Assembly: GCA_965219575.1 (NCBI GenBank)
Contig: OZ244779.1
Location: 1,994,585 to 2,058,584, forward strand
Direction: 5' to 3'
Origin: Candidatus Oxydemutatoraceae bacterium
GTDB taxonomy: Bacteria; Pseudomonadota; Gammaproteobacteria; Poriferisulfidales; Oxydemutatoraceae
Length of the DNA stretch: 64,000 bases
The translations under genes and the position numbers were made by a program. Positions 17,531 through 27,970 of this stretch are shown one piece after another; the stretch's first letter is position 1; every line of letters starts with the position of its first letter. The notes beneath the pieces are model-generated. The model was not told the origin of the DNA, searched no databases, and saw only the letters and a program-made list of their open reading frames with translations.

Positions 17531-17830
17531 ATTTCATATATTACACGGGGCTGTTGAAAAACAGCACCGCCGGTTGTTGCAGTAGCACAAACGGCGTGAT
17601 GTTGTGCAGAAACTTAGGGGCTGTTGAAAAAGTATCCACGAACCGTAGGGGCGGACATCAAAATTGCCGATTGATCTACTGACTCAATCGGCGGCTCTAT
17701 TCTGCCCGTAGCGCGTTGGTCGGCACGATTTATACATTCATCCACCCGATTTATGGAAACCAAAACCATACGGCGCAAGCGGTTGCAATTGTGCGAAACA
17801 GCACTTTTTCAACAGCCTGACCTCTTTGGT
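17531..17830. repeat. Mosaic palindromic-unit array
   Basis: Contains the hairpin CGCCGGTTGT-TGCAGTAGC-ACAAACGGCG (17568-17596), GGGCGGAC, and GCCGATTGA..CAATCGGC. Confidence 0.8.
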
Positions 17831-17974
17831 CGTTATAACCGGAACCTCCGATCCTATACTCCGCATTGATAACACAACATTGGGGTATTATAATAGCCCT
17901 TTTTGAAACAGACACTATTCGGATTGACTTTAATTATATAAACCAGTCTCGCCGCATTAAGCAAAGAATTCAAT

Positions 17975-18958
17975 ATGAAAGAAACACCCCTGCTAATCAT
18001 TATTTCCCCTTGCTATAACGAAAAAGCCACCTTGCGGTGGTCGGTAGAACAACTTGATATCAAACTTTCGCAATTAAAATCCGAGCAGAAAATTCATCGA
18101 GATAGTTTTATATGCCTAGTTGACGACGGCAGTACCGATAATACATGGGCACTTATTAGCGAATTGTCACAAAAGTATCCTATTACCGGTATTAAGCTCA
18201 GTGCCAATGTCGGACATCAGAATGCGCTGGCGGCAGGGTTGCACCACGCCACCGACAAATGCGATTGTAGTATTACCATAGACATCGATTTACAAGACGA
18301 TATAGAAATCATGGATACGATGTTAGACCGATATAAGACAGGTTGCCATTTGGTTCTGGGAGTTAAAGCCAATCACCCGCGGTATTTTTATAAAAAGATG
18401 CTCGCAAAACTCTACTACAAAGTGCTACATATTTTAGGCGTACATACCGTTGTTAATCACTCCGACTATCGTTTATTAAGCAAAAAAGTTATGAAGGCAC
18501 TTTCCAATATAAAAGAACGCCATCTTTATTTACGCGGTATTTTCACCAGTCTACCTTTAGCTTACAGCATTATCGAATATCAAATTAAAGAGAGACAATT
18601 CGACAAGACTCACTATACTATGAACAAACAACTCAACCTGGCATGGGACGGAATCTCGAGCTTCAGCATTGCACCGTTGCGTCTTATCACGATAACGGGA
18701 TTGGTGATATTTGTGCTGAGCCTACTATATTCGGTTTATGTTTTGGGGGTTAGACTATTTAGCGATACTGTCGTTCCCGGCTGGGCTTCCACCGTGATTC
18801 CTATTTACTTTCTGGGCGGACTGCTACTATTTTCTCTAGGCATAGTCGGAGAATATATCGGGAAGATTTACATGGAAATCAAACAAAGACCGCTTTATTT
18901 CATCGAAGAAACCATTAATGAGCGAGATTGCCGTAAAGACTCCGAAACAGAAAATTAA
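17975..18958 (+). CDS. gtrB: Family-2 glycosyltransferase; GtrB-like polyisoprenyl-phosphate hexosyltransferase
   Basis: LIIISPCYNEKATL...LVDDGSTDNT (GT2 N-terminal motifs) plus two C-terminal TM helices. Confidence 0.7.
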   Translation: MKETPLLIIISPCYNEKATLRWSVEQLDIKLSQLKSEQKIHRDSFICLVDDGSTDNTWALISELSQKYPITGIKLSANVGHQNALAAGLHHATDKCDCSITIDIDLQDDIEIMDTMLDRYKTGCHLVLGVKANHPRYFYKKMLAKLYYKVLHILGVHTVVNHSDYRLLSKKVMKALSNIKERHLYLRGIFTSLPLAYSIIEYQIKERQFDKTHYTMNKQLNLAWDGISSFSIAPLRLITITGLVIFVLSLLYSVYVLGVRLFSDTVVPGWASTVIPIYFLGGLLLFSLGIVGEYIGKIYMEIKQRPLYFIEETINERDCRKDSETEN

Positions 18959-19319
18959 CTCCCGCTTCTTCCGATTTTTAATTACCGGAGGCATTAACAC
19001 ATTCGTCGGGTTCGGTGTTATTTTCCTGCTGATGTTTCTTAATGTCACGCCGCAACTCAGCAATATCTGCGGCTATGCCGTAGGTCTAACGGTGTCTTTC
19101 GTACTCAACCGCAGTTGGGTCTTTCGGGCAAACGATGCCGAAGTAAAACGACAAATAGTCTATTTCGTGCTGGTATTTCTAATTGCTTTCGGCATCAATT
19201 TTCTTGTCTTGAATATACTGCTCATCGCATCAATCAATGCCTGGCTGGCGCAAATCTTGGCAGGTGTATGCTATACTTCGGTGTTTTATGTACTCAATAA
19301 AAGAATGGTTTTCTCCTAA
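18918..19319 (+). CDS. gtrA: GtrA-family small membrane protein (putative flippase component)
   Basis: RFFRFLITGGINTFVGFGVIFLL and four TM segments. Overlaps the gtrB end. Confidence 0.65.
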   Translation: MSEIAVKTPKQKINSRFFRFLITGGINTFVGFGVIFLLMFLNVTPQLSNICGYAVGLTVSFVLNRSWVFRANDAEVKRQIVYFVLVFLIAFGINFLVLNILLIASINAWLAQILAGVCYTSVFYVLNKRMVFS

Positions 19320-20787
19320 ACTACAAATCTCGGTTGCCGCACTCACATTAGCAAGCATTTATGCGCTGATGATTCCGTTTTACGGATTACACGGTGTAGA
19401 CGATGCTTGGACCTTATCTTACGATTATTATTACCTACAAGACGGGTACGAGTTCGGGATCTCGGGCGGCAACGGTGCGGTTGCATATTTCGGCAAGACA
19501 CAAGCGTTTTTGTATGGTTTGTGGGCTGAAATATGGGGATGGGAACGGCTACCGATGCGCGTACTATCGACGCTTTTGGTAGTTATCGGTGCGTTGCTAT
19601 GGGGAGCAGTCGCTTGGCATTTTACCCGCAACAAAAACTTCTGTATTGCGGTTGTCATTCTTTGCCTACTATTGGATTCCTTTGTCAGCATTGCAGTCAA
19701 GACTAGACCCGATGCATTGGTTTATATGCTCTCGGCTTTGGCAATCCTGCTTGCATGCAAGCGTAACTGGTTTCTAGCCGGGCTCGTGATAAGCATCGCC
19801 GTTGAAACACATCTAATAACAATTGTCGGTCTCGCTATAGTCATCTCCGTTTGGCTCAGCGAAAAATCTCGTTTCGACGGTTCGTATATTAAGAAATATC
19901 TGCCTCGACTGATTGCCGGTGGTCTACTCGGGATTGCCTATTACCTCAGCCTGCATTTCGAGCATTTACAAGAACTCATTCCGTTGATTCAAAATGCAAG
20001 CTCAAATAATTTCTTACATAGATCTTTTTTATATATGCATTTTTTTGAGGCTAGATATAATCGTTATATCGTTAACTTAGCGATATTTCTACTCGCCTAC
20101 GGACTATTCTATATAAAGTGCAGTAAAAATTCCCAACTATGGCGTTTCTTACATTACGCTACACTCGGCATAATTATCTCGGATCTTATCACCGGGCATG
20201 CAGGGCATTCAGGTGTTTCATACGCCATCCACGCTTATCCTATCTTTGTCCTTGTGTTATTGGTAGCTTGGCAACACCTGCGTAAGCCGAAGTCGTGGCT
20301 CATCGCAGGACTCTTCTGTTTTATGTTGCCGCAATATACCTATGTGTTCGTTAAGAGCCATGACTTTTATTTTCCTACTTATATATCACTGATAGAGCAA
20401 CATGCCAAACCGAAAACCGTACACATCGGTCATTTTGCACACTGGTTTGCGTTCAATCGTGAACAGACCGATGATTATTTCGATATGAAGATTTCAAGGA
20501 TACTCTCTAAAAACAAACAATTCGTATGGATTCGCGATAGCGTCTGGGAACCGATAAACGCAAGACCCTCTCCGAAGTTGAGACAATTAAGCAAAACATG
20601 TCCTATGGAATTGTTCTCCTCTTTCACTTACGCAGGTCGTACGGTTCGTTTTGAACATTACGATTGCCGTAATATTAATGTGGATGCAACTTTGCGCTAC
20701 GACAAAAGTGAGGCTGTTGAAAAAGTATTGGCATTGCATAAATCCAACCGCTTGCGCCATATAATTATGATAACCACAAAGTCGTAG
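19291..20787 (+). CDS. Polytopic membrane glycosyltransferase (ArnT/PMT-like; GtrC analogue)
   Basis: About 500 aa with more than 10 predicted TM helices, located after gtrA/gtrB. Start set at MYSIKEW; the family call is by context. Confidence 0.5.
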   Translation, partial: YSIKEWFSPKLQISVAALTLASIYALMIPFYGLHGVDDAWTLSYDYYYLQDGYEFGISGGNGAVAYFGKTQAFLYGLWAEIWGWERLPMRVLSTLLVVIGALLWGAVAWHFTRNKNFCIAVVILCLLLDSFVSIAVKTRPDALVYMLSALAILLACKRNWFLAGLVISIAVETHLITIVGLAIVISVWLSEKSRFDGSYIKKYLPRLIAGGLLGIAYYLSLHFEHLQELIPLIQNASSNNFLHRSFLYMHFFEARYNRYIVNLAIFLLAYGLFYIKCSKNSQLWRFLHYATLGIIISDLITGHAGHSGVSYAIHAYPIFVLVLLVAWQHLRKPKSWLIAGLFCFMLPQYTYVFVKSHDFYFPTYISLIEQHAKPKTVHIGHFAHWFAFNREQTDDYFDMKISRILSKNKQFVWIRDSVWEPINARPSPKLRQLSKTCPMELFSSFTYAGRTVRFEHYDCRNINVDATLRYDKSEAVEKVLALHKSNRLRHIIMITTKS

Positions 20788-21185
20788 GGGCAGTATAAAG
20801 CCGCCGATTGAGCCGGTAGGTCAATCGGCAACTCTGATGTCTGCCCAAAACGATACCGTTCTGTACAAACTCAACCGCTCGCGCCAACAAATAATGGTTT
20901 CCATAAATTGGATGGATGAATGTATAAATCATGCAGATACGACCGGGCTGTTGAAAAAGTGCGGCATCGTACGAATCCAATCACTTGCGCCATTTTGTTT
21001 TGGTTTCCATAAATTGGATGGATGAATGTATAAATCGTGTAGGCACAACGCGTTACGGGCGGACATGTTAGTCCGCCCCTACAGGTGGGTTGGATAATTA
21101 TGCGGCGCAAGCGGTTACGGTTTTGCAGAACAGTATTTTTTCAACAGCCCCTCGACACAACCACCCCGTCAGGCTTCGCCTGCCT
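20788..21185. repeat. Mosaic palindromic-unit array
   Basis: Shared modules. ORFs 20765..20980, 20871..21110 and 21085..21363 are translations of the repeats. Confidence 0.8.
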
Positions 21186-21878
21186 CTACGTATTTTGTAT
21201 CGGGTGGCGTAAATATACCGGCAAGGCTCGGTCGGCCGGTAACGTATCACCCGATGAAAGCGGTAGCATCGCCAAGCGTAGCAGTGTGGTCGCCCGAGGC
21301 AATTCGGACGCATCCCACCGTATCAATCGCTCACCCAAGGTTTGTTCTAATACGGTGCGATAGATCGGCGCGGCAGTACCTGCAACTATGCCTTTGAATG
21401 TATCGGGCACCACCAATTTCTCCGGCGTAGCGATGCCTTCATCGGCTATTGCTTTCACCAAATCACCGTCTTTTTCATAATAGCCGTAATAGACTTCTTC
21501 CATACGCGCATCCATGGCAACCAAGGCTTGTGTCTCCTCGCTTTGCGCCAACGCCTGCAAGGCAACCGCTTGTAGGTCGGAGATTGCCACCACCGGCAGA
21601 GTATGGGCATACGCTAAGCCCTGCACCAAAGATGCGGCGATGCGCACACCGGTAAAAGAGCCGGGTCCGCGTCCGTAGACCAATGCATCCAGTTCGACGG
21701 TATCTATTTTCGCCTCCTCCAAAACAGCCTGACACATCTCGAAGATTAAACTGTGATGTTGACGGGGTGCTATATCGAAACGTTGATGAACCACGCCGCT
21801 GCTCAATAACGCTGCCGAGCAGGCTTCGGTCGCAGTATCAACCGCTAAGATATTAGGATTGTCCGGGACTCCGTTCAT
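21186..21878 (-). CDS. tsaB: tRNA t6A biosynthesis protein TsaB (YeaZ)
   Basis: ILAVDTATEACSAAL...GRGPGSFTGVRIAASLVQGLAYA. Adjacent to a yoaA-like helicase as in E. coli. Confidence 0.85.
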   Translation of the reverse strand: MNGVPDNPNILAVDTATEACSAALLSSGVVHQRFDIAPRQHHSLIFEMCQAVLEEAKIDTVELDALVYGRGPGSFTGVRIAASLVQGLAYAHTLPVVAISDLQAVALQALAQSEETQALVAMDARMEEVYYGYYEKDGDLVKAIADEGIATPEKLVVPDTFKGIVAGTAAPIYRTVLEQTLGERLIRWDASELPRATTLLRLAMLPLSSGDTLPADRALPVYLRHPIQNT

Positions 21879-21886
21879 CGAGCGGA

Positions 21887-23833
21887 TTATTTCAGATAGG
21901 GTTCGAGCGATGCAAGATCGGAACACTGCTTCATGTCCGGCAGACTACGCAAAAAGATGCTCCCGTAATTCATTCTTTTTAGACGCGGATCGCCGATGAC
22001 AACGACTCCCGTATCGGTTTCGCTACGAATCAGGCGACCCACCCCTTGTCGTAGCGTAATAATCGCCTCCGGCAAAACATACTCCTTAAAAAAATCTCGC
22101 CCCACCTTTTGATAAAAAGCCTTGCGCGCTTGTAGCAACGGGTCGGGCACTCCGAAGGGCAAACGGTCTATGACCAAACAACGCAGGGTGTCTCCTTTCA
22201 AATCTATTCCGTTCCAAAAGCTACTGGTACCCAACAATACCGCTTTATCTGCTTCGATAAAACGACCGATGAGTGCCTGCTTGGGTGCTTTATTCTGCAC
22301 CAACAAGGTATATTGGTTGCCGGTCTCTAGAAGTTCTTCGGCTCGATACAGTGCCTTATAGCTCGTGAATAATAAAAGGGCACGACCCTCGGACATCGAT
22401 AGTATCGGAGCAACTCGCTCAATTAAGCGGTCGGTGTAATCTTTATCATCGGGTGGCGGCATTCGATCGGGCAAATACAGTGCTGCCTGCGCTTGATAAT
22501 CAAAGGGGCTTGCAAAAGATTTACACGGCTTGTTGTCATCGCCGCAGTCGGATAGAAAATACGAAAAATCGTCTTTCACCGAAAGCGTCGCAGAGGTATA
22601 CACCCAGTTGGCATCATACTGTTTGCTTTTTTCCGCCAGTAAACCGGAAACATCTACGGGACTCAAATAAATATGGAAAGTCTTAGTCTTAGGATGGCGA
22701 TTAATCCACGCCAGCCCGGCGACCTCTCCTACTTTGGCATCATCGCCGGACCTACATACCGACTCTATAAATTTAAACATCGTCGTGATGCGCTGTATGC
22801 AGTTTTCCCACTGCTCGGACTCTACCTTATACGGTGCGAGTGCTCGTATCAGTGCGTTGCCGTGCTCTACAAAATGTCGGTAGTATTCGGCAAAGGAAGA
22901 ATGCTCTCGCAAAGTCTTAACCGATGCCCGCTCGCCTAGCGTTTGAAAAATTTTGGAGAACTGTCCAAAACTTTTAGTGCACGAGCCCATTAAATCCGTT
23001 ATACGCACATCGGGTTCGGTTTCCTCCTTGATCAGCCCGTTGATTTCCTTCAGTAAGTCGGTGAACTGCCGGCTACTAAAGCTCTCGGTAAAATTCCTCT
23101 CGGCAAAATCTTTTAGCTGATGGGCTTCGTCTACGATTATTAATTCGGCTTGTGGCAAAAAATCTGCAAAGCCTTCTTCTTTGAGTGTCATGTCCGCCAT
23201 CAACAGCGCATGGTTGATAATGACTACATCGGCTTCCGCCGCTTTTTGGCGAGCGTTCAGGACATAGCAACTATCGTAATACTGGCAATCTTTTCTCAAG
23301 CAGTTTTCGGCAGTAGAAGTCAACCACGACCACAGCAAATCATCCTCCGCAATATCGGACATCGAACTAATGTCACCGTCGGTAGTTCCGAAAGACCATT
23401 GTTCCACTTGATTGATTTTAGCGGCGCGTGTTTTATCCAATACCGGTTGGGTCGTCGCCTGATTCATTCTTTCCATGCACAAATAATTCGCCCGCCCCTT
23501 GAGTAGTGCCGGCCGGCAATCGATCCCCAGCGCATCTATAACCACCGGCAAATCCTTAAAATAAATCTGGTCTTGCAAATGACGCGTTGCGGTGGAGACT
23601 ATGGTGCGCTTCCCGGACAACAGGGCGGGTATCAAATAAGCAAAAGTTTTACCGATGCCGGTGCCCGCCTCGCAAACCAAATCGTGTTGTGCCGAAATCG
23701 CCTCGGCAACCGCCGCTGCCATCTTTTGCTGTTCGCTACGAACATTGAAATTGCTAATCACTCCGGCGAGTTTACCGCGCTCGGATAATGCGTCGAAGCT
23801 CAAGTCTATCAATTTATGTTTTTGGTGATTCAT
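21887..23833 (-). CDS. yoaA: DinG-family ATP-dependent DNA helicase (YoaA-like)
   Basis: CEAGTGIGKTFAYLIPAL, VDEAHQL (DEAH box) and the C-terminal helicase domain. Start set at MNHQKHK. Confidence 0.8.
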   Translation of the reverse strand: MNHQKHKLIDLSFDALSERGKLAGVISNFNVRSEQQKMAAAVAEAISAQHDLVCEAGTGIGKTFAYLIPALLSGKRTIVSTATRHLQDQIYFKDLPVVIDALGIDCRPALLKGRANYLCMERMNQATTQPVLDKTRAAKINQVEQWSFGTTDGDISSMSDIAEDDLLWSWLTSTAENCLRKDCQYYDSCYVLNARQKAAEADVVIINHALLMADMTLKEEGFADFLPQAELIIVDEAHQLKDFAERNFTESFSSRQFTDLLKEINGLIKEETEPDVRITDLMGSCTKSFGQFSKIFQTLGERASVKTLREHSSFAEYYRHFVEHGNALIRALAPYKVESEQWENCIQRITTMFKFIESVCRSGDDAKVGEVAGLAWINRHPKTKTFHIYLSPVDVSGLLAEKSKQYDANWVYTSATLSVKDDFSYFLSDCGDDNKPCKSFASPFDYQAQAALYLPDRMPPPDDKDYTDRLIERVAPILSMSEGRALLLFTSYKALYRAEELLETGNQYTLLVQNKAPKQALIGRFIEADKAVLLGTSSFWNGIDLKGDTLRCLVIDRLPFGVPDPLLQARKAFYQKVGRDFFKEYVLPEAIITLRQGVGRLIRSETDTGVVVIGDPRLKRMNYGSIFLRSLPDMKQCSDLASLEPYLK

Positions 23834-24315
23834 GTTTTTTCTATTAATACGATGCCGTGTGCGGCAATTCCTTCTCGACGACCGATAAAACCCAATGTCT
23901 CGGTGGTCGTTGCCTTGATATTGACACACGCCTCGGGAACATCGATCACCTCGGCGACGGATCGTCTAATTTTTACGACGAACGGCGATAATTTGGGTGC
24001 TTGTGCAATCACCGTTGCATCGACATTGACGACCTGATAGCCTTTGTCCGCCACCATCAGGCACACTTGTTTTAGCAAATGTTTGCTGGCAATATTCTTG
24101 AAACGGTCGTCGTCGTCGGGGAAATGACCGCCGATATCGCCTAGGGCGGCAGCCCCGAGTAAAGCATCGCAAAGTGCGTGTAATAATACATCGCCGTCGG
24201 AGTGCGCTTTCAAACCGTACTGATAAGGAATTTTAAGACCTCCAATATACAGATGATCGCCCTCGCAAAAAGCGTGTACATCAAAACCGCTACCTATTCT
24301 TATGCCGGTTTTCAT
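23830..24315 (-). CDS. ispF: 2-C-methyl-D-erythritol 2,4-cyclodiphosphate synthase
   Basis: IRIGSGFDVHAF...HSDGDVLLHALCDALLGA. Confidence 0.9.
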   Translation of the reverse strand: MKTGIRIGSGFDVHAFCEGDHLYIGGLKIPYQYGLKAHSDGDVLLHALCDALLGAAALGDIGGHFPDDDDRFKNIASKHLLKQVCLMVADKGYQVVNVDATVIAQAPKLSPFVVKIRRSVAEVIDVPEACVNIKATTTETLGFIGRREGIAAHGIVLIEKT

Positions 24316-25019
24316 CGTTGCGTTTCACCGAACCATCGCCGAGCGTTTTCTATATCGGCAGGATAGGTAATTTTAATATTTTGCGCATCACCCAATACCA
24401 CTCGCACCTCGTGCTGTGCGTGTTGCATGGCAGCAGCTTCGTCGTCTATGCCGATGCCGTCGTTGAGTGCTTTATCCAAAGCGTCGCACAGCAAGCGATA
24501 ACGAAACATTTGCGGCGTTGCGGCGCGCACCCATAAATTGTCTCGGCTCAAGGTGTCGACGACGCATAAGCCATTGCGATCTGTGGTGCGTCGCACGCGT
24601 TTAATTGAATCGCTGACGGCAATTGCCAATATCGCACCGACAGGATTGTCCCAAGTAGATTTAATAAATTGTTCCAAGGTCTCGGCTTTAAGACAAGGTC
24701 TTACCGCATCGTGAACAACGACCCAGTCTTCTGCATCGGCTTTTAATTGTGCCAGTGCGTTGCGCACCGATTGCGCACGGCTCGACCCACCGCTGCATAC
24801 CGCTATGTGCGGGTCGTTTGAAATAGATGTGTGCTGCCAATAACTATCGTCTTCGCCGAGCGCAACAACTATCGTATCGACCGTAGTGCATCGTAGCAAT
24901 GGTGCAAGGCTATGTTCTATGATATGTTTGCCTGCCACCTTTATATATTGCTTAGGCCGGTTGACATCCATACGCTGCCCCACACCGGCCGCCGGCACGA
25001 TGCCCCAACACCTCGTCAC
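24312..25019 (-). CDS. ispD: 2-C-methyl-D-erythritol 4-phosphate cytidylyltransferase
   Basis: WGIVPAAGVGQRM. The ftsB-ispD-ispF order matches E. coli. Confidence 0.88.
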   Translation of the reverse strand: MTRCWGIVPAAGVGQRMDVNRPKQYIKVAGKHIIEHSLAPLLRCTTVDTIVVALGEDDSYWQHTSISNDPHIAVCSGGSSRAQSVRNALAQLKADAEDWVVVHDAVRPCLKAETLEQFIKSTWDNPVGAILAIAVSDSIKRVRRTTDRNGLCVVDTLSRDNLWVRAATPQMFRYRLLCDALDKALNDGIGIDDEAAAMQHAQHEVRVVLGDAQNIKITYPADIENARRWFGETQR

Positions 25020-25354
25020 TGCGGTATATCCTTTGCCGTATCTTGCTGCTCTATGACTTTGAAAAAAGTCTCACCGGGCTTAATCATACCTAAATCTTCA
25101 CGAGCAAGTTCTTCGAGAACGCTGCCACCGTGTTTCAAATCGGCAATCTCGCTCATCAGCCTTTGGTTACGCTCTCTCAATACTTCGTTGTTCGCTGCCT
25201 CGAGCGCATTGGCGCGCTTTAGTTCCCAAAGTTCCAATACACCGCGCTCACCGAACAACGAGACAAGCAGAGATAAAAGAACCATAAATAATCCGATACC
25301 GATTAGGCGCAATTTGATACTGTGATTTTGTTTAGGTCCGCTTTTTTTAACCAT
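25016..25354 (-). CDS. ftsB: Cell division protein FtsB
   Basis: TM region, then coiled coil, then ...LAREDLGMIKPGETFFKV. Confidence 0.85.
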   Translation of the reverse strand: MVKKSGPKQNHSIKLRLIGIGLFMVLLSLLVSLFGERGVLELWELKRANALEAANNEVLRERNQRLMSEIADLKHGGSVLEELAREDLGMIKPGETFFKVIEQQDTAKDIPQ

Positions 25355-25952
25355 GCTCGCTTTGCATCTTCAATAAACGTTCAATATAACGGGCAATCAA
25401 GTCCACCTCTATATTGACACAATCGCCGACTTTCTTATCCGCAAAACTTGTCTCCTGCAAAGTATGGGGAATAAGATTAACATGAAAATTATGGTCCGCA
25501 ACTTTATGCGACACCAAACTCGTACCGTTGACACATACCGAACCTTTGGGTGCGATGTATTTCATCAAACGCTCGGCGGCTTCTATTTGCAACCATCGGG
25601 TTTGATTTTCGGTTGTGATCTCCGATATGGTGCCGACCCCGTCGACATGACCACTGACCAAATGACCGTCAAAACGATCCGATACCGCCAGTGCTGATTC
25701 CAAATTAACCCGATCCCCTATGTTCAATTCTTTCAATGTAGTACACGATAAAGTCTCATCGGACGTTTCAACGCAAAAGGAATGTGAGTCAAGTGCCACT
25801 ACCGTCAAGCACACGCCGTCGACCGCAATACTCGCACCGATTGAAAGCTGGCGGCGCGCATCGAATTGGGTTTCAAAACAAAGACGGCGTGGGCTTCGTG
25901 ACACATCGCTTAGCGATAACTTGGCAACCGCTTCTATAATTCCACTAAACAT
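25347..25952 (-). CDS. ribE: Riboflavin synthase alpha chain
   Basis: MFSGIIEAVAKL... and GHLVSGHVDGVGTI (duplicated lumazine-binding halves). Confidence 0.85.
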   Translation of the reverse strand: MFSGIIEAVAKLSLSDVSRSPRRLCFETQFDARRQLSIGASIAVDGVCLTVVALDSHSFCVETSDETLSCTTLKELNIGDRVNLESALAVSDRFDGHLVSGHVDGVGTISEITTENQTRWLQIEAAERLMKYIAPKGSVCVNGTSLVSHKVADHNFHVNLIPHTLQETSFADKKVGDCVNIEVDLIARYIERLLKMQSEHG

Positions 25953-26027
25953 TACTGCATAGAGTACCACTGCTCGCCCAATAGAGCAAATAGAACCGCC
26001 CATGTGTTATATTAGTCAATCGTATGT

Positions 26028-26104
26028 GCGCCCGTAGCTCAGTTGGATAGAGTACCTGGCTACGAACCAGGGGGTCGGAGGTTCGAATCCTTTCGGGCGC
26101 GCCA
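26028..26104 (+). tRNA. tRNA-Arg (anticodon ACG)
   Basis: 77-nt cloverleaf GCGCCCGUAGCUCAGUUGGAUAGAGUACCUGGCUACGAACCAGGGGGUCGGAGGUUCGAAUCCUUUCGGGCGCGCCA, very close to E. coli tRNA-Arg(ACG). Confidence 0.9.
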
Positions 26105-26114
26105 CTTTAAGACC

Positions 26115-27968
26115 ATGAAGTTCGTATTGATAAAAATATTAATTGCCGTCTTCCTAATATGCCGGACATCGTTCTCTTTGTTGTCGGCAAACGAACACGA
26201 CACTTCCGCAGAGGCGCAGCCGCAATCCTCGGAGGTTTATGCGGAACAACTGCAACAAATGATCTCCGAACAGAATAACGCCATCGGGATTTATAAAAAA
26301 CAACTGGACAAACCGAAAATAACGGACTCCGATCTGTTGGTTTTAGCCGAACACCTGATAGCCGAATTGCAAGCATGGATTGAGCTAGACTTACCTTTCC
26401 TCCATTCGGAACGCAGCCTACGCATCAAAGGTTTGCGCAACATGATGACCGCAGCCGATTTAGATGCAACAGAAAAGATACGCCGCATACTAGAAGCCTA
26501 CCGAATCGAAGCCGAATACGGCTTTTCTTTTGAAAGCTATAGAGGAAAACTCGAAGAAGATGATGTGGTCGTCGATTTTATGCACATCGGTAGAAATATC
26601 TTGATCTATAAAAGTTTGGACGGTCGGCAAGTGGGGGCTTGGAACCGACATACATCCGATTGGCATGCGTTAAACAACAGGTATCGCTATCCGGTCGAGC
26701 AGGCTTTTAATGTTGCCCACAAAGGCGTGGCACCCGGGATTTTATTACTGCCCGTCCAGTTGACACAACCTGCCGCACGCAACATTCCTCCCGTAGAACA
26801 GGTCTCGGAAGACACGACGACACCTGCACAAACGCAGCAAACACCTACAGAAATAACGACTTTAGAAACACTGCTCGAAGACAAAAAGCAACAAGCCTCC
26901 GAACTGCAATCTGCGTATTATCGGAAGCTGGGACAAGCAAAAGAACTAATTGCGATCGTCCGCAATACCGCCGAAGAACTGCAAACAATGATCGCCGGAT
27001 CTTTTATACCCTTGTTACTACCCGACTATCGCACCAGCCTGAATCCGCTATTGCAAGACGATCAAATCGTCGACATAGTCCACATCGAAACCTTGCAAGC
27101 ATTATTCATAGAACTTTATAAGCTACAAGCGCAAACGAGTTTCTTCGACACCGAAATAATACTGGAAGACGGCACATCCGCTATGCGAGAAATCGTCCAC
27201 ATAGGACCTTTCAACTTGCTATACGACGACGAACTTCTAAGCTACGCCGCAGCTGTCAATCGCCCCGTCGTGCTAGCCAAATCCCCCAGCCCGTTCTTGT
27301 TGCTGATTGCCGACAGCATTAGCAAAGCCGATCTGGATGTCGGCTTCTTAAGAGCACCGGTAGATCTATCACAAGGTGCGGTGTTGACAACTTTGGATGC
27401 CTCGCTGAGCGTGATGGATCGTGTATGGCAAGGGGGGTGGGTCGCATATCTTATATCGGTACTGGGTATATACGGCATCCTATTGGTGGTGTACAAAATC
27501 GTTCTTTTACGACAATGCCTACGCTCGGTAGAAAAACAGAGATACGCTACCGAATATGACTCCGGCAATCCACTCGGACGAATCTTGAGTATCGCCGATC
27601 TAAGTAGCAATGCGGAAGAGGCAGAATGGCGGATCGAGCAAGCGGTGTTGAGAGAAACACCACTGCTGGAATGGGGCTTCAGTACGATCAAAGTGCTGAT
27701 CATCGCAGCCCCGTTGCTGGGTTTATTGGGAACCGTACTCGGTATGATAGAAACCTTCCAAGCGATTAGTTTATTCGGCACCAACGATCCCAAAATCATG
27801 GCGCAAGGCATCAGCCAAGCGTTGGTGACAACCCTGCTGGGTCTATATGTTGCAATCCCGCTACTATTGCTCTATACCTGGGCGATGTCGTACAACAAAG
27901 AAATACGCAACATACTGGAACACCAAAGCGCAGGGCTTTTAATACAACACGCAAATAGGATAACTTGA
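26115..27968 (+). CDS. TtpC-like long MotA/TolQ/ExbB-family protein with a large N-terminal periplasmic domain
   Basis: Signal peptide MKFVLIKILIAVFLICRTSFSLLSA. C-terminal LLGLLGTVLGMIETFQAI...ALVTTLLGLYVAIPLL (ExbB/TolQ TM2-3). The ORF-track start at 26043 overlaps the tRNA and was rejected. Confidence 0.7.
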   Translation: MKFVLIKILIAVFLICRTSFSLLSANEHDTSAEAQPQSSEVYAEQLQQMISEQNNAIGIYKKQLDKPKITDSDLLVLAEHLIAELQAWIELDLPFLHSERSLRIKGLRNMMTAADLDATEKIRRILEAYRIEAEYGFSFESYRGKLEEDDVVVDFMHIGRNILIYKSLDGRQVGAWNRHTSDWHALNNRYRYPVEQAFNVAHKGVAPGILLLPVQLTQPAARNIPPVEQVSEDTTTPAQTQQTPTEITTLETLLEDKKQQASELQSAYYRKLGQAKELIAIVRNTAEELQTMIAGSFIPLLLPDYRTSLNPLLQDDQIVDIVHIETLQALFIELYKLQAQTSFFDTEIILEDGTSAMREIVHIGPFNLLYDDELLSYAAAVNRPVVLAKSPSPFLLLIADSISKADLDVGFLRAPVDLSQGAVLTTLDASLSVMDRVWQGGWVAYLISVLGIYGILLVVYKIVLLRQCLRSVEKQRYATEYDSGNPLGRILSIADLSSNAEEAEWRIEQAVLRETPLLEWGFSTIKVLIIAAPLLGLLGTVLGMIETFQAISLFGTNDPKIMAQGISQALVTTLLGLYVAIPLLLLYTWAMSYNKEIRNILEHQSAGLLIQHANRIT

Positions 27969-27970
27969 CA

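Noticed and set aside
20765-21363. ORFs lying wholly within repeat arrays (20765..20980, 20871..21110, 21085..21363; also 9868..10435, 11975..12157, 37589..37874, 42892..43436, 46068..46647, 50355..50813, 52850..53059, 54203..54613, 62843..63380)
   Set aside because: Their translations are just readings of the palindromic repeat modules. The same peptide strings (for example ...RLRLPPLQRRG..., ...YTFIHPIYGNQN...) recur in several of them in different frames, and there are no RBS or start contexts.
26043-26114. ORF-track start of the long ExbB-like gene at 26043 (TTG) overlapping tRNA-Arg
   Set aside because: The tRNA occupies 26028-26104. The signal peptide begins at the in-frame ATG 26115.
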